A DNA stretch of 63,926 nucleotides, filler included, from Intoshia linei (Eukaryota > Animalia > Orthonectida): the NCBI GenBank assembly GCA_001642005.1. It is 5 parts of 5 records of this genome, joined end to end, with 100 filler letters (N's around TTAATTAATTAA, not from the genome) between each part and the next. Parts side by side here need not be neighbours in the genome. Positions count along the whole stretch, not along the records: positions 1 to 23,943 come from LWCA01000540.1; 4 more parts are not named here. One strand, written 5' to 3'. The notes below the pieces were generated by a model. That model saw nothing but the letters and a program-made list of their open reading frames with translations, did no database searches and had not been told where the DNA came from. The translations under genes and the position numbers were made by a program. Positions 1-13,047 of this stretch are shown here, piece after piece (position 1 is the stretch's first letter; every line of letters begins with the position of its first letter).

Positions 1-501
1 CAGTATTTAGTTGATTGTTGTAAAATATCATATCTTCTTGACATAACCATTCACTATTTTTCTTAGTTATATCAAAAACTATTTTTATTGTATTTACGAA
101 ATCTGCCTTATCATTCAAATACTTTTGATACCTTTCCATCAACTTAATTAATACTATTAATTTAACTACATTAAGATTAAGATTACTTATGATAAGTACG
201 TTATTATAAATGTGAGTCGTTTTTGTCTGTGCCGTTTTTACCATACTTCCATTTATTAGTATTAGTAACCATTGAAAAAATAAAATTATTATTTTGTGAT
301 AATATTGACTAGTTGCGTGTGGTATTTCAGTATTTTTAAAAAAATAATTATAAACATTTGTTAACAGTACTATTCCTCACAAAAATTTGGTACAGGACAT
401 TTAAATTAGAAATAGTCATATGTCTAATGTACAGTGTACATTGTATAATTTCATTGATATTAGAAAATGTGCAAATGTTACTCATTGTCATTTATATATA
501 G

Positions 502-3500
502 TTGAAACAATATTCGATATATAGCCGTTTGTGTTTAAGTTATCCTTTAAAAAGACATTTGTCAAGGATATCCGACGAGTGGTTAAATAATCCCATTTCT
601 TATTACAGAAATATTGTATGGATCCATCTATTAGGAGTAAAAGTAAATTTTATTATATATGAATTAAATGAATACTGTGGTTGATCTAATTATCATCTAA
701 TGAGATCAGAATTAGTATTTTATCTCTTGATATTTTATAAATTAGGAGGTAAAAATTTCAATTCTGATAAAATTTGCTGTAATACTCCCCAAATTTTAAT
801 TTTTTCTATTTATTTCTGATTTTTTCATTAATTCTAGCGGTTAAATAAATTAAATGGTTACATGACCAAAGTTAGGAATCCTGCACTAAATAAAACATTA
901 GTAATTTCATTTTTACTTATTTATTTTACTGGGCGATCTAAAAATGTATTCCAATAAAATCGTAAAAAATGAACGATGACACAATAGAGTGGGGAAATAT
1001 TCCTATAATCAAATTAGATGGTGAACAATTAGTTAGGCAATTTTTGTTAGACGACATAATTATCGATTTTGTTAATTAATCATAATATTTATTTTTGACA
1101 ATATTTTTGTGGGTTCTTCAAGGTTTCTTTAATTATAATGACCAACATTTTGTAGTGGTTTTAAGGGAATTTTTTTTGACCCAATTTTTAAAGGTTATCC
1201 AAAAATATCTTCAAAATCTTTAAAACTTGAGTAAATAAAAATTTCCTTAAAAACCCTACATAATTTTGGTTCCAATATTATCTTCAAAATTTTTTTATTA
1301 TGGTAGAAAAAATATTCCCTTAACGCCCCACAAAATTTTGATTCACAATTATCTTCAAAATCTTTTAAAGTTAGTAGAAAAAATATTCTCTTAAAAGCCC
1401 TACAAAATAATAAAATTAGAAACTCACTAAAATTTCTTGAAAAATCAACGATACGGTAAATTAGTAAAATATATGATTATGTCGCTCTAAGATGTATCGC
1501 TCAAATGAATGGACGTCAAACCAGTTACATTTATATATTACTAGCTTGACTGTTATGTACTTCGTAGAAACAGTATTCTAAATCTGCCGAGGGCGGACAT
1601 TTTTGAACATTCTACCAGAAAAATAGATTTAAATAGAAAATTTAATCTAAAAATGCTACTATTCACTATTATATATTATTTAAAGGAGTGGTTGCAAACT
1701 TGTTACACGTGGACCCGTAATATCTAGGGCAAACTTTTTCTAAACTATAAAATCGTCAAATTATAATTTATCAAAATAAAATTCTAACTTTTTTAAGCTA
1801 TAAAAAATACCATAAAAATTCAATTTGGTCCCCCCTGTTAAAAACTTTTTTTTTAAAAATACAATGTAATTTTAAAAAATTAAATATTTATTGTAATACT
1901 TTATTAATTATTTTTTAATGTTGCTAGATAAAAAATTCCTTTGTTTTGTGAGTAATGTATTTAGCATGCTAAAACCTCTTTCTAAACCGTTAGAAGTTGA
2001 AGGGCCATTTCTCAATTGGTTGTACAATCAAGAAGGTTTGGACTGATGTATAGCTAACATAATTTTTTCGATATCATTCTTTTTTAGTCTTTTTTCTATA
2101 TTGTTAATGTTAACGTTGAAGTTTCCAAATATGATAATGTTTATGATTTTAAAAACTATCTCAGAATGTATGTTTTATTAAATTTTTGGGCTTATTTTGT
2201 GTTTAAACAAAAGGGTAAATTGGGTTTTGACCATGAAGGACTCAAATTCTGAAACTGAAAAATAAATAAAAACACGATCTGGGAAAAAATGTATTAGAAA
2301 TTGATTTTTTAAATGCTTCGACTGTCAATTGCTTCAATAAATGGTTACACACAAAAACACACACAGACATTCATTTTTATATAAGTAAAGGATTAATCCA
2401 TTTTATAACTATTTATGGTTATTTTAAAAAATTGGATTGAGTATGGTAGTTTTTTTAAAAAAATATTTAGATTAAATCTACCTTAATTAACGTAAATAAA
2501 AAAGTTTTGATTTTTGCTATAATTATAGTACTTCATTGTAGGTACTTAAAAAATGGCAATATAGCTTAAAATTAAATGGACACCCATAATGATAATACTG
2601 TTTTTATTTTTTATATTGTATACTGATTTAGGGAGATACAAAATTGATTTATGATGAAATAAAATTAATAGAAGATGAAGTACTGGATAAACAAGTAATT
2701 TTAATTATCAAAACCAAAAAATAATAAAATGTTTACAATAGTTGGCAGTTGATTTACCAAGATGTCATAAGTACTATTCATTATTAAACAATAACATTGG
2801 ACGTGAAAAGATACGGCAAGTTATTTTAAAATGGATTTCATCTGATCAAAAAAATGTTTATTGGCAAGGTTTGGATTCAATATGTGCGCCGTTTGTTGTT
2901 TTAAATTACAATCGATTGGGTTTTATTAATCAAAAACCCAATTAAAACCGTTAATTTAGATTTAGCTCTAGTATGCATTGAACAATTTATAAACAAATTT
3001 TTGGATAATTTTTTTGTTACTACAAATATGCATGTTTTAGCCGAGTATTTACAATGTTTTGTTTGTCTCATATCATTTCATGATCCAGAGTTGAGCCACC
3101 ACTTGTTAAAAATAAAATTTGATCCAAATTTGTATGCAATTTCATGGTTTTTAACCTTGTTTGGGCACGTTTTTCAAATGGAAAATCTCATGTTATTATG
3201 GGACAATTGGCTTGCCGGAGATTCGACAATGCCACTTTTTACCGGCTTGACGGTACAATTACTAAAGTTAACATTTAAAGTTTAGTTAATTAAAGAAATC
3301 CACAGGGATAAAATTCTTGAATCAGATTTTGATTCTTGTATCACAATATTTTCCAAAAAGTTTAGTAATTTTTTTTTTATTATTATTATCGCGATAATAT
3401 TATTCACCATCAAAAAAATAGCATATTATTTATTTGTTGGTCCATAATTATGCACCCATTTTTTTAATAAATTATTATTATTAATTTAGTAACAAATGTC

Positions 3501-5710
3501 AATGATTTAAATTCATTCGCTAATATGTACTATATTTCAACACCATCCAGTATTACTTTCCGAAAACACATGAATCTTTCTGCATATTCATCATCTCTTA
3601 TTAATTCTAAATTTGTAAGTTGTACATATAATATTCACTAAGACAGAAATTGGCGATTTTTCATCGAGTAAATAACCATTTACTCGATGTAATGGTTTAA
3701 TGTGATGGTTTTAAGTTTATTAAAGGTCTGATGACTAGAAAAATATGACGTTTATTCTCTGGAGCGACATTCATTTGAGCTACATACATTTAATCGATGT
3801 ATTGTTGGAGCGATACATTTTAGAGCGACATAATCATCGATTATACTAATTTATGTTATCATTGGTTTTTGTCACGAAATTTTAGTGGTTTTTTTTATTC
3901 ATATTTATATTCATGATTTTGGGACCAAGTTTTGTAGGCTTTTTAAGAAAGTTTTTTTTTATTCTATTTTTAAAGATTTTAAAGATAATTTTGGTTCCAA
4001 GATTTGGTAGGGTTTTTAAGGGAACATTTTTTGCACGCAATTTTTAAAGATTTTAAGATCCTATAAAATATTAAAAATATTCGTTCAAAACCTACAAAAA
4101 TTTTGGTCCCAAAATTGCCCTCAAAATATTGTAAAATTGAGTAAAAAAAAAAAAAATCTCTTAAAAACACTACAAATTTTTGGTCCCAAAATAATGAATA
4201 TAAATATGAATAAAGAAACCCACTAAAATTTTGTGACAAAAATCAATGATATACATAAATGTATCTTCAAAATCTTTAAAAAATGATAGAAAAAAAATAT
4301 TTCATTAAAAACCTTCCAAATTTTTGGTTATTGTCATTAAAGAAACTTAAAGAAACCACAAAAATATTTTCAAAAAATAAATATTATAATGAATTAACAA
4401 AATCGATGACTATGTCGCTCTAACAAACATCGCTCAAATGAAGGTTCGCCTAAAAATGTATAAAAATCGCTTGGAGGTGAGATCGGTCTAAGGCCTTTAT
4501 CTATGAAAAATATCTAATAAATTTGAGATAAATACGGTGTATTTAGACCAGTGGTTTCCGATTGGGTCCTTGTACCCATTACTGGTCCTGAGTCCGTGAG
4601 TTCAAATAAAAATTAAAAAAAAAATTTTATCAACTTTTCTCTATTTTATAGGAGAGTTTTTAATATTTATTATAGAATTGTCAGATTTTATTAATTAAAA
4701 TATTTTAACCCAAATCCTATACGACCGCTACATTATTATTTCAAAAACACCACTTATAGTCCATCATTAATAAAATTTACAATGTCATAAGTGTTAATAA
4801 AAAATAGCATTTAAAATACCCAGAGAAAATCTACTTTTACTAATATTTTTTTGAAAAATCCACTTAATCCAATCACAATATAAAAAGTCTAATTTTACTA
4901 ACGCTTAAAGAAGAATCCCTTTTCTCCAATATATTTTTGAAAACCGATTTTACGTAATTTTATGAGAAAAAATGTTTTATATTTGGTTTGGGGTCCAAAA
5001 AAATAAATATTTTGAAATAGGGGTCCGTATATTATTTGAATCGGGGAAAACTAGTCTAGACAGTGTCAAACCTACCACACCCAGAAGTCTTTTCTGGGGA
5101 CTTAGGCGAAATTTTGGTAAAATTTTTAATATGGAAACCTTTTTTGTGTTCCATTGTGAATAATTTGATAATTACTAATGAATTGTACAATAAAAAAAAT
5201 TAATTAAAAAATTTAGATAGTCAACCCTATTCATTACAACCTAGATATAACAATTGGAAAAATATTTGGACAAGAACTTGCAGATATCATTGATGGGATT
5301 CATTCACATTTTAATCTCGAAAAAATAAAAATAATTGACATCCGTTCAAAAGCAGAGTAATAAAAAACGAATTTGCAAATAAAAATAATACAATTTACAG
5401 ATACCAACGTGGACATTTACCTCAAAGCGTCCATTTCCCAATAACAATTGAACAATTAACAAAAAATGGTAAATCGACAATAGCAAAATTTGAAAATTTG
5501 CAATCCAACATAAAAAATTATAAATTAAAAATAATTATTGGAGAAGAATTTGATATTAGATTAAAGGTATACTATGAAAATTATTTAAAAATATTCTAAA
5601 ATTAGTTGGGAAACTATATTGTGTACAAACTCTACATTCCAAATGTTTGCATATGTTCAACAGAAATGGATATTTTTTCCAAATACAACATGTTAACCAG
5701 TATTGTCTAA
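502..5710 (+). CDS. TBCK: TBC domain-containing protein kinase-like protein, 3' multi-exon part (Rab-GAP TBC + rhodanese-like C-terminus); 5' exons not resolved or outside window
   Basis: Exons translate to ...YRNIVWIHLLGVK (to 641), GDTKLIYDEIKLIEDEVLDKQ, LAVDLPRCHKYYSLL...VYWQGLDSICAPF, LISFHDPELSHHL...PNLYAISWFLTLFGHVF...LWD, then IIDIRSKAE/YQRGHLPQSVHFP (rhodanese-like). Stop TAA at 5708-5710. GT-AG junctions are visible. Confidence 0.9.
928..1520. repeat. Foldback/MITE-like intronic repeat, copy 1
   Basis: Ends carry inverted CGACATAAT / ATTATGTCGCTC motifs. Segments match the 3745-4450 copy in reverse complement. Boundaries approximate. Confidence 0.6.
1541..2392 (-). mobile_element. 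Non-autonomous Helitron-like element (Lep1-style)
   Basis: On the minus strand it begins A|TC (2392) followed by a (TG)n-like tract and ends CTAG|T (1541). The 3' end is preceded by a hairpin CTGTTTCTACGAAGTACATAACAG. The same 3' end recurs at ~13988, ~15224, ~25870, ~27075 and ~58260. Confidence 0.75.
3745..4450. repeat. Foldback/MITE-like intronic repeat, copy 2
   Basis: Internal arms ~3860-4080 and ~4090-4250 are reverse complements (TTTTTGTCACGAAATTTTAGTGG.. / ..CCACTAAAATTTTGTGACAAAAA). Flanked by GAGCGACAT / ATGTCGCTC motifs. Confidence 0.7.
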
Positions 5711-5728
5711 ACTTGTAAATAAAATTTA

Positions 5729-6873
5729 TTAAGTAAGTCGGACACTGTGGGAAACATTTTTACGAATTCCATATTTTTCACCATCATATTTGTCCAATTC
5801 TTTTCGGTGTGGTCTAACTTGTCCCCGTCTTCGTATAAGTGCTTTTCTGTATTTATGTTTATGTTTAATTCTAGAATTTCTATCAATTTTCTTTCTTCGA
5901 GGCGTTAAACCACGATTTTTCATTATCTGCTTAGTAATTAATCTTTTTGGTTCATTTTGTACAATTTCTGTATTAATTTCTGATTTGTCATTAGATAAAT
6001 TAAATTCAACATTTCTTTTTTTCAGTATAGGTTGAATTTTGGTATTAAATTCAGTTAGTAAATTTTTTAATTGTATTAATGTGTTGTAAACTTTTTTAGA
6101 TAATTTTTTATTTCCAGATTTAATTGATTGCAAGTAAAAAAGTGAATTCATAATATATGTTTTTTTAATTTTATCCATTGGAGTAATTTCATTTGTACTT
6201 TTTACACTATTAATAAAAAGTATAGCAGTCTTGAAAATACTCGTATCCAATTTTTCATTCGATTCAGTAGTCAAAATATCTTCAGAAACTTGTTTATTTT
6301 TTATTGTTTCAGTTATTAAAAAATCGTCATTTTTAAATTTTGAATACAACTCTTTTTGAAGAAATAATGCTTCCTTTTGTTCCAAATCTTCAGCAATTTC
6401 ATTATCTGAAACATCTATATTGTGACCTTCGTCCACACCTCCATAAAAATCTTTTGATTTCCATTTATATTTAATATGATCAGGTTCGGATTCAGATTCT
6501 AAAATATTAAATTAAGAATTATACAGTATTCTATTTATAATTCGCCAATCATTTACAATATAAAATTTACAATGGTATAAATTTATTAAAAAATTTGTTG
6601 AAAAAACAGGTATGAAATGTCAATGTATGAAAATTTTTCTAATAAAAATTAATAGTATTATACAATAAAATGTATTGTATTATGCAAATTCCAACATTGA
6701 CCAAGTAAAATTGTAGAAAGAAAATACAGTTTTGTACTATATTATAAAAAATTAATTTAATCGATACCACTGGACATTGATGATACACTATCAGTTTGAT
6801 TTGAATCTTCATTTAAATTTTCTTCATCGGATGGTTCATATTTATCAGCAATGTATGATTCAGAATCAGACAT
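5729..6873 (-). CDS. UTP3: SAS10/UTP3 SSU processome component; exons 6873-6768 and 6498-5729
   Basis: Acidic N-terminus MSDSESY..., then WKSKDFYGG, and a Sas10 C-terminal domain KRLITKQIMKNRGLTPRRKKIDRNSRIKHKHKY...YDGEKYGIRKNVSHSVRL. The phase-1 GT-AG intron splices in frame. Confidence 0.92.
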
Positions 6874-6960
6874 TTTAATTTATAATTTAAGTTGACGATA
6901 ATAGATTACTGTAATATTTATTTCAGGTATAAATACAAGTACGCACTGCGCAATATCCAT

Positions 6961-9900
6961 TTAAAATTTGAATCCTATACGTTCCATTGATTGTTTGTAG
7001 TAAGATTCTTGCATCATTTCATGTAGTCTAGATTTTGTGCGAACTATGGAAAATTTTTCTTCGTCACCTCCAAACATGTATTTCGTTGCATTCAGCAAAT
7101 CTTTGGATTTATGATTTGAACTTACATTCTAAACATTTATTATTTACTATTATGTCAATTTAGATACAAATGTAATCTACCTGATCCAAGTCTCCATACA
7201 AAGTAATCATTTCCTTTTCATCCTGAGAATTGTTTTCAAATTCAAAAATATTTTTTGCCTCTCTTTGAGAATGAAAGATGAATATATTCTTAGCAAAATA
7301 GTAAAATTAACAAAATATAACTCAAAAATAAATTTTCACGATTTAAAAATTTTCAAGGACTTTAATTTTCTGATTGATGTTTTTTGAAATAACCTTAACT
7401 TCCTAAACAAACTCTTGAATAACAGAATATATCATCTTACGATTTTAAAGTTACGGTCCAATTTAAAAATCTTTATCACTTTATTTTTATATAAGACTTA
7501 TAAGTAAATTGAATTTTTTTAGAACGTACCTTGTTTTTAGTAGAATTGGTTAAGTTTTAGTGATCATAGTTAAATTATCCATACATTCAGACAAATATTT
7601 AATTAAAATTAGATAATTTTATTAGACAGGGACAAAGGCATGAAAATTATTTCTAACAAATATTCACAAAAAGTGCAAGTTTTTTTTATTAATTAAAAAA
7701 AATATGAACCTAGCCATTCTAATTAACACAATTTTCAGTCAAACCCGTCAAGTGTAAATTTTGAAAATCTTCTCATAAAACCATAAACTAATGTAAACAT
7801 TAATAATTTTCATATTTACCTTATTATCATAGAGAACATCGATAAATGTAATAAAACGGCGAGTTTGAATAAGATTGTTTTGGCCAAGTTTTGGAATATT
7901 TGACATAAAGATTATATTAAATTTTTTAGCAATAGCTAAAAAATCTGCTGCACCCAATGGCTAAATTATTAGAATTTTACGAAAATAACCAAAAAAAGAT
8001 AAAAAGTACAGTATACAATTTTACATGTATTTACAAAGATGGATTAAAGGTAATTCAGCATGATTTTCGTCCATTAATTTAAGCACAACAGTCTCTTCTT
8101 CTTCATTAAAACATACTATTTGACCTATTTCCTTGAAATATTCACCTTGCGTTACAATGACATTGCAATCAATTTTACTCGGTATAATAGGCTCGACATC
8201 AACAACATTGACTTCAGTGATGCGATTATCAATTTTTATGCTAACTTTGTCAAAACTAATACGATCAATCACTAGAGCAGGTATATTTTTATACAAAACA
8301 CAAACATTATGGATAACCCAAAATAAATTAGAAAGAGATTTAGCATGTTTTTTAACAGGTTTATTCACACTAATTTCAATAGATTCATTTTCCGATATGT
8401 CATGATTAATTTCTTGGTTTTCAGTGACAATTGTGTGATTTTTTTTATAATCGTTATATTTGTCTTCATTAATATACCTAATTTTACGTTTAAACTTTTT
8501 TTCAGAAATGAGTTTGATAACGTGTTGTGATAAGTTAACCATTTCTTTCGAATTGTGTAATAAACCAAATATTCTTGCATTGTCAAGTTCGATATCTTGT
8601 ATAGTACCACATTGGCCTTGATGTAAACCAGATTCAACAATAAAATGCGTACCTTTGACCATTTTCAATTCAAAATCATCATCATTTTTATGTCCATGTT
8701 TAGATTTATACTTACGTTTATTTGGGTTAACGTCAGCTGCTAAACCTAAACCTTTTGGGCGAACTTTGTAACTTTTAACAGAAACCAACTGTTTATTTTT
8801 CCCTATGCCTTCACCAGGATTCCAACCCATACCTCTTAATAAAGCAGATCCGTATTTTTCAATTGGAGTCGTTAAAATATCTTCCATAGTGCTACATTCT
8901 GCAAATGATTCAACGTCTACTTTATCGTTTAGTACATCATTTAATATTTTATTTATTTTAGAGTTTGGTTTTGATTTTAAATTGCTGTTTATTAACGGAA
9001 TTATAAATTCTTTGTCACTTTTTGATTGTTTTATCTCGTTATCTTTATTTTTTGTAGGATCGTTATGAAATATATCAATGTCTGTAGATCTTTTTATTTT
9101 GTTTTCAATTTTGGTAATTTTAAAGTTAATTGAAGACATTTTGATTATTTGAATATTAGAATTTGATTAGCTAATAATTGTAACTATGCCGACTCGTAAT
9201 TGATGACTAACTTTATTTTTATAGATGCATAATTTAATTATTTAAATTGAATTTAATTATTCACAATTATTGTCCAATTCCTGATTTGTGAAATATTTGA
9301 CCGTATAGTGCCAAATACTTAAAAAGTAAGCAAAACCCAAATTTTTTTTATTTCTCCAATATTTTTGTGTACCAATAAGTAAAGAATCACCATATTCGAA
9401 CAGAGCTGAACCTACCATGCTCGAGAGCACAAAAATTAAAAATTGCCCTAAAAAATTCATTACGATGCGGAATGCAATAGAACCGTTAGAATCCCTTCAC
9501 GGGCCTAGACTTGAAGTTATGATATTGGAAAATTTTTTTTATAGGTTGACTGTTGGCTCTACACTGCCATGGTAATCTAATTTCTCTTATCCACTGGTTT
9601 TTACTTGACAGTTCAAATTTTATACTAAGCACTTATCAACCGTTTAAAATTTAAATACTCAGGTTCATTTTACAAAAATTTTATCAAGGTCCCAAAAGCA
9701 TCGTTTACGGTAGGCTCAGTTCTGTATCTGAAAATATATCCTTTGGTTATTTAATGAAAAAATATTTAAAATACAGTAATTATTTATAAAAAATAAGTAT
9801 AAATTACTTTATCACAAATTTCTTCAAATTCTAAATAAACTGAATTTCCACATGTTAAATTCAAAACAATATTTCGACCGTAAATATTAATTTTTTCTTT

Positions 9901-12372
9901 AGTTATATCTAAAAACATATAAATAAATTTTATTAACAGGGGGGACCAATGTATAAAAAATTATCTAATAAAAATTAATAGTACATATTGAATTTCCAAT
10001 GGTTTTAAATACATTTTTATAATGTGGTTTCTATTTTGCCAAAATAATGTACTATGTCAAAGTTATGTCAACTACGAAGTTAGGACTTTGAACCAGAGCA
10101 CAATCTGTCATACCGAGACCCCTCCACGGCAGCCTGGCGAAATTTATGTAAAAATAGGGCCTCATTTATCCAAATTGATAATTTAATAAAATTTATATTT
10201 GCTTTGTGTAAAATTTAAACTGTAAAGTTCAGACCATTATAAAAGTTAATGGAGCTATGTCATTACCAGAGAAAACAGTTGAAGCCAACAGTGGATCCTA
10301 AATAAACAATAAAAAAATTTGGCTCATTGTTTAATCTAGTGGTAGTGTATTTTTTTAGTATTACCCTTAATTAGTAAAAAAATTTTACGTCACCATGATC
10401 CACCATCAGAAATTTTTTTAGTATCACCTATTATATTTGAGTGGCGAGGGTGCGATGATCGGAGCTCTTCATATGGCCCTGGTAATTAAGCTTCACTTTC
10501 AAAAAAAATTTGTGGTCTTTATTTAAAATTTATATAAAATTTTTTATTTTCGTGGGACGGAGCTCCAACATGGTAGGTTCGGTTCTGATCCCAACACTGA
10601 AATAATAGAGACAGAATAATGTAATTCAAATTTTTAAATTTTAAACCTAATTTGGCATGACCACATAATGAATCAAATATTTTGTTAAATTTTTCAATCG
10701 ATTTACTACATGTAGAGTTTACAATAATATCAATAATAATTGAAAAATTTTTGAAATTTACCAAAAAACAAAAGACTCAACTTGAGATTTAATAAGTCTA
10801 TAATCTTTCTCAGAATGTAAAGGAATTATTTGACAATTTAACTAAAATATATAATTAAATGTATAATGTACATAACATTAATTTGATAAACTACCATTAA
10901 ATCATCGATAAATGGAAGGAAGATGCATCTTTGAAGTCCATTTTTGTATAAATCTAATATTTTAAGGTAGTTAAATATTTATAATATTCCCAAACTGTCC
11001 GTTAAACAAATCAATTTTTAATAAAACATGCCATAAAATATTTTTCTATCAAATGGTTGAGGTTAGGACCCTCTTACCAATTTTAATAGTTTATTATAAA
11101 ATTGTAATTAAAGTTTAAAAAAATGTTTTGTACTTCCCATTCACACACAATCAGTCGCGTAAACTTAAATATGAATTTGGTTAATTTCTCATACAATACT
11201 ACTACTGGGTGGCGTAACAAAAACCTTTTATAAAATTAGCTAACGATTACTAAAAAGGGTGAGAACCACTGGGTGAATATATTTTAAGGTATCAAAAATC
11301 TTGTCATTTATTTAGTATCCAACATTTATAAAATTACCACTTGGAGCTCGATTAGATGTAGATACTAATATTAAATTGTTCTTCCACATTTCTTCAAATA
11401 ATCTCTGAAGTATAACCGCATCTGCAATATTATAAACCTAAAAAATAAAATGAATCTATATATTATAGTAATCACAGATATAAAGCACCTATGTTCTCTA
11501 AAATTCACAAATCCCCTACATGGCAATAATTGTTTTGGAAAAGTTAATTATATGTTGTTATAAGTTACGTTAACGTACGTAAGTTACGTAATACGTTGTA
11601 AGTTGTTATATCAACAGGGGGGACCACGGTATAAACTTTTTATAACAAAAATTAATGTTATAAATTCATGTTATGTTAATTAATACATGGTTGAAGTTTC
11701 TCTATTTCGGCAATTATTTACTACATATGTCAAAATTATGGCATGCGATATTTGTGAACTAGAGAGAATGTTATATAATTATTAATTAATAACCTGAAAT
11801 TCATCTAAACATAACAATTTATAATTTTGAACAAATATCTCTGCAACTGGTGGAATAGGATCATAAATTTGACGAGATTTTGTAATTAATGATTTTTTGT
11901 AATTATATATTTCTAAAGAGATTACTAAAAGTTATAATTAGAAATTACTTTTATGTACAATGTTCATAAATTCATTAAAATGAAGTCTTAATTTTTTTGG
12001 TTGAGGACACATTTCATAAAATAGATCCATTAACATGGTTTTCCCGGTTCCAACACTTCCAAAAATGTACAATCCCTTCACATTGTTATTTAAAGTTGAA
12101 AACTGATATTTTAAAAAAAGTTAATTTTTAAAAAAAATATTAATACACATTACATTGAAAAAAGGAAAATTAAATCTTTCATCATGTTTCAAATTTGAAA
12201 TTTTATCATTGAGTAAATCAAATTCTTTAATAGCTTCAATCTGATATTTGTCTTGTTTAAGCAAATTTTTATTGACTTTATCTTGATACACGGATAAAAG
12301 AGAAACTATATTTTTTGATGAATATATAGAAAAAGTATTAATATGAAGTAATAATTTTATACTATGCAACAT
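6961..12372 (-). CDS. AFG1L: AFG1-like mitochondrial ATPase (LACE1), about 10 exons
   Basis: Spliced exons give KGLYIFGSVGTGKTMLMDLFY (Walker A), RLHFNEFM, LLCLDEFQV.NIADAVIL (Walker B), VSTSNRAP.NLYKNGLQR, PLGAADFLAIA...RRFITFIDVLYDNK and EEKFSIVRTKSRLHEM. Stop TAA at 6963-6961. Confidence 0.93.
8021..9139 (-). CDS. GPKOW: G-patch and KOW motif protein (Spp2/MOS2-like), single exon, nested in an AFG1L intron
   Basis: 372-aa ORF with PIEKYGSALLRGMGWNPGEGIGK...RPKGLGL (G-patch_2) and two KOW-like segments (IVESGLHQGQCGTI; VIVTQGEYFKEIGQI). Confidence 0.9.
   Translation of the reverse strand: MSSINFKITKIENKIKRSTDIDIFHNDPTKNKDNEIKQSKSDKEFIIPLINSNLKSKPNSKINKILNDVLNDKVDVESFAECSTMEDILTTPIEKYGSALLRGMGWNPGEGIGKNKQLVSVKSYKVRPKGLGLAADVNPNKRKYKSKHGHKNDDDFELKMVKGTHFIVESGLHQGQCGTIQDIELDNARIFGLLHNSKEMVNLSQHVIKLISEKKFKRKIRYINEDKYNDYKKNHTIVTENQEINHDISENESIEISVNKPVKKHAKSLSNLFWVIHNVCVLYKNIPALVIDRISFDKVSIKIDNRITEVNVVDVEPIIPSKIDCNVIVTQGEYFKEIGQIVCFNEEEETVVLKLMDENHAELPLIHLCKYM
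9398..9729. mobile_element. MITE with ~20-bp imperfect terminal inverted repeats, just upstream of GPKOW
   Basis: GAACAGAGCTGAACCTACC at the left and GGTAGGCTCAGTTCTGTA at the right. A similar end occurs at ~10570. Confidence 0.5.
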
Positions 12373-12431
12373 TTTAGTATTGACAACAATAGGAAACTTT
12401 ATTATAATTTATAAAAATTTAATTTATCAGA

Positions 12432-12934
12432 ATGGACGAAGAAATTGGTAAAAATATTTTTATTTCTAAATGATTTAAATTGTAGAATGGCCACGAGAAA
12501 TTAAAGTAATTGAAGAATTGGATGAATCACAAAAAGGTGAATACAAAGGCATTAGTTGGGGCCCCGATAATATAGATAAAATTGATACATGTCATTGGAA
12601 TGCTATGATAATTATAGATAAATCTGTAATTTAAAATAATGTTTAAATTCATTAAAAATCTATTTTATAGCATATATATGTATTTTCCATTATTATGAAA
12701 ACGACATATCCTAAATATCCTCCCGAGTTTTATTTAACAAACACCAAAACAAGTGTTAAAGGAATTAAGAAATCTGGACTGGTATTTTAATTATATAATG
12801 ATAATATTTTAATATATACTAAGGTTGATGTTGATTATTATGATTCTCTTAAAAACTGGAAGTCGGCTTCTTGTATTAAAGATGTTTTACTGGAAATTAA
12901 ATGTTCTCTTACAAAAGGTCACCGAAAACATTAG
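12432..12934 (+). CDS. UBE2V: Ubiquitin-conjugating enzyme E2 variant (Uev1/Mms2), 4 exons, divergent
   Basis: Spliced translation MDEEIEWPREIKVIEELDESQKGEYKGISWGPDNID...HWNAMII...YPKYPPEF...LKNWKSASCIKDVLLEIK...KH* matches the UEV pattern PRxxxLLEELxxxQKG...SWG...W.GMII. Confidence 0.85.
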
Positions 12935-13047
12935 TATATGTATTATATTAACTTTTACCTATTTAATTAATGTCATTAAACGTGTACCTTTGCCAGTACT
13001 TTTAGTTGAATGGGAAAATTATATTTATTATGTACATTAATTGAATA

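Noticed and set aside
5790-9068. Short antisense ORFs over UTP3 and GPKOW, and many 60-90 aa F/I/L/K/N-rich ORFs elsewhere
   Set aside because: These are shadows of real coding strands or chance ORFs in AT-rich repeats, with no motifs.
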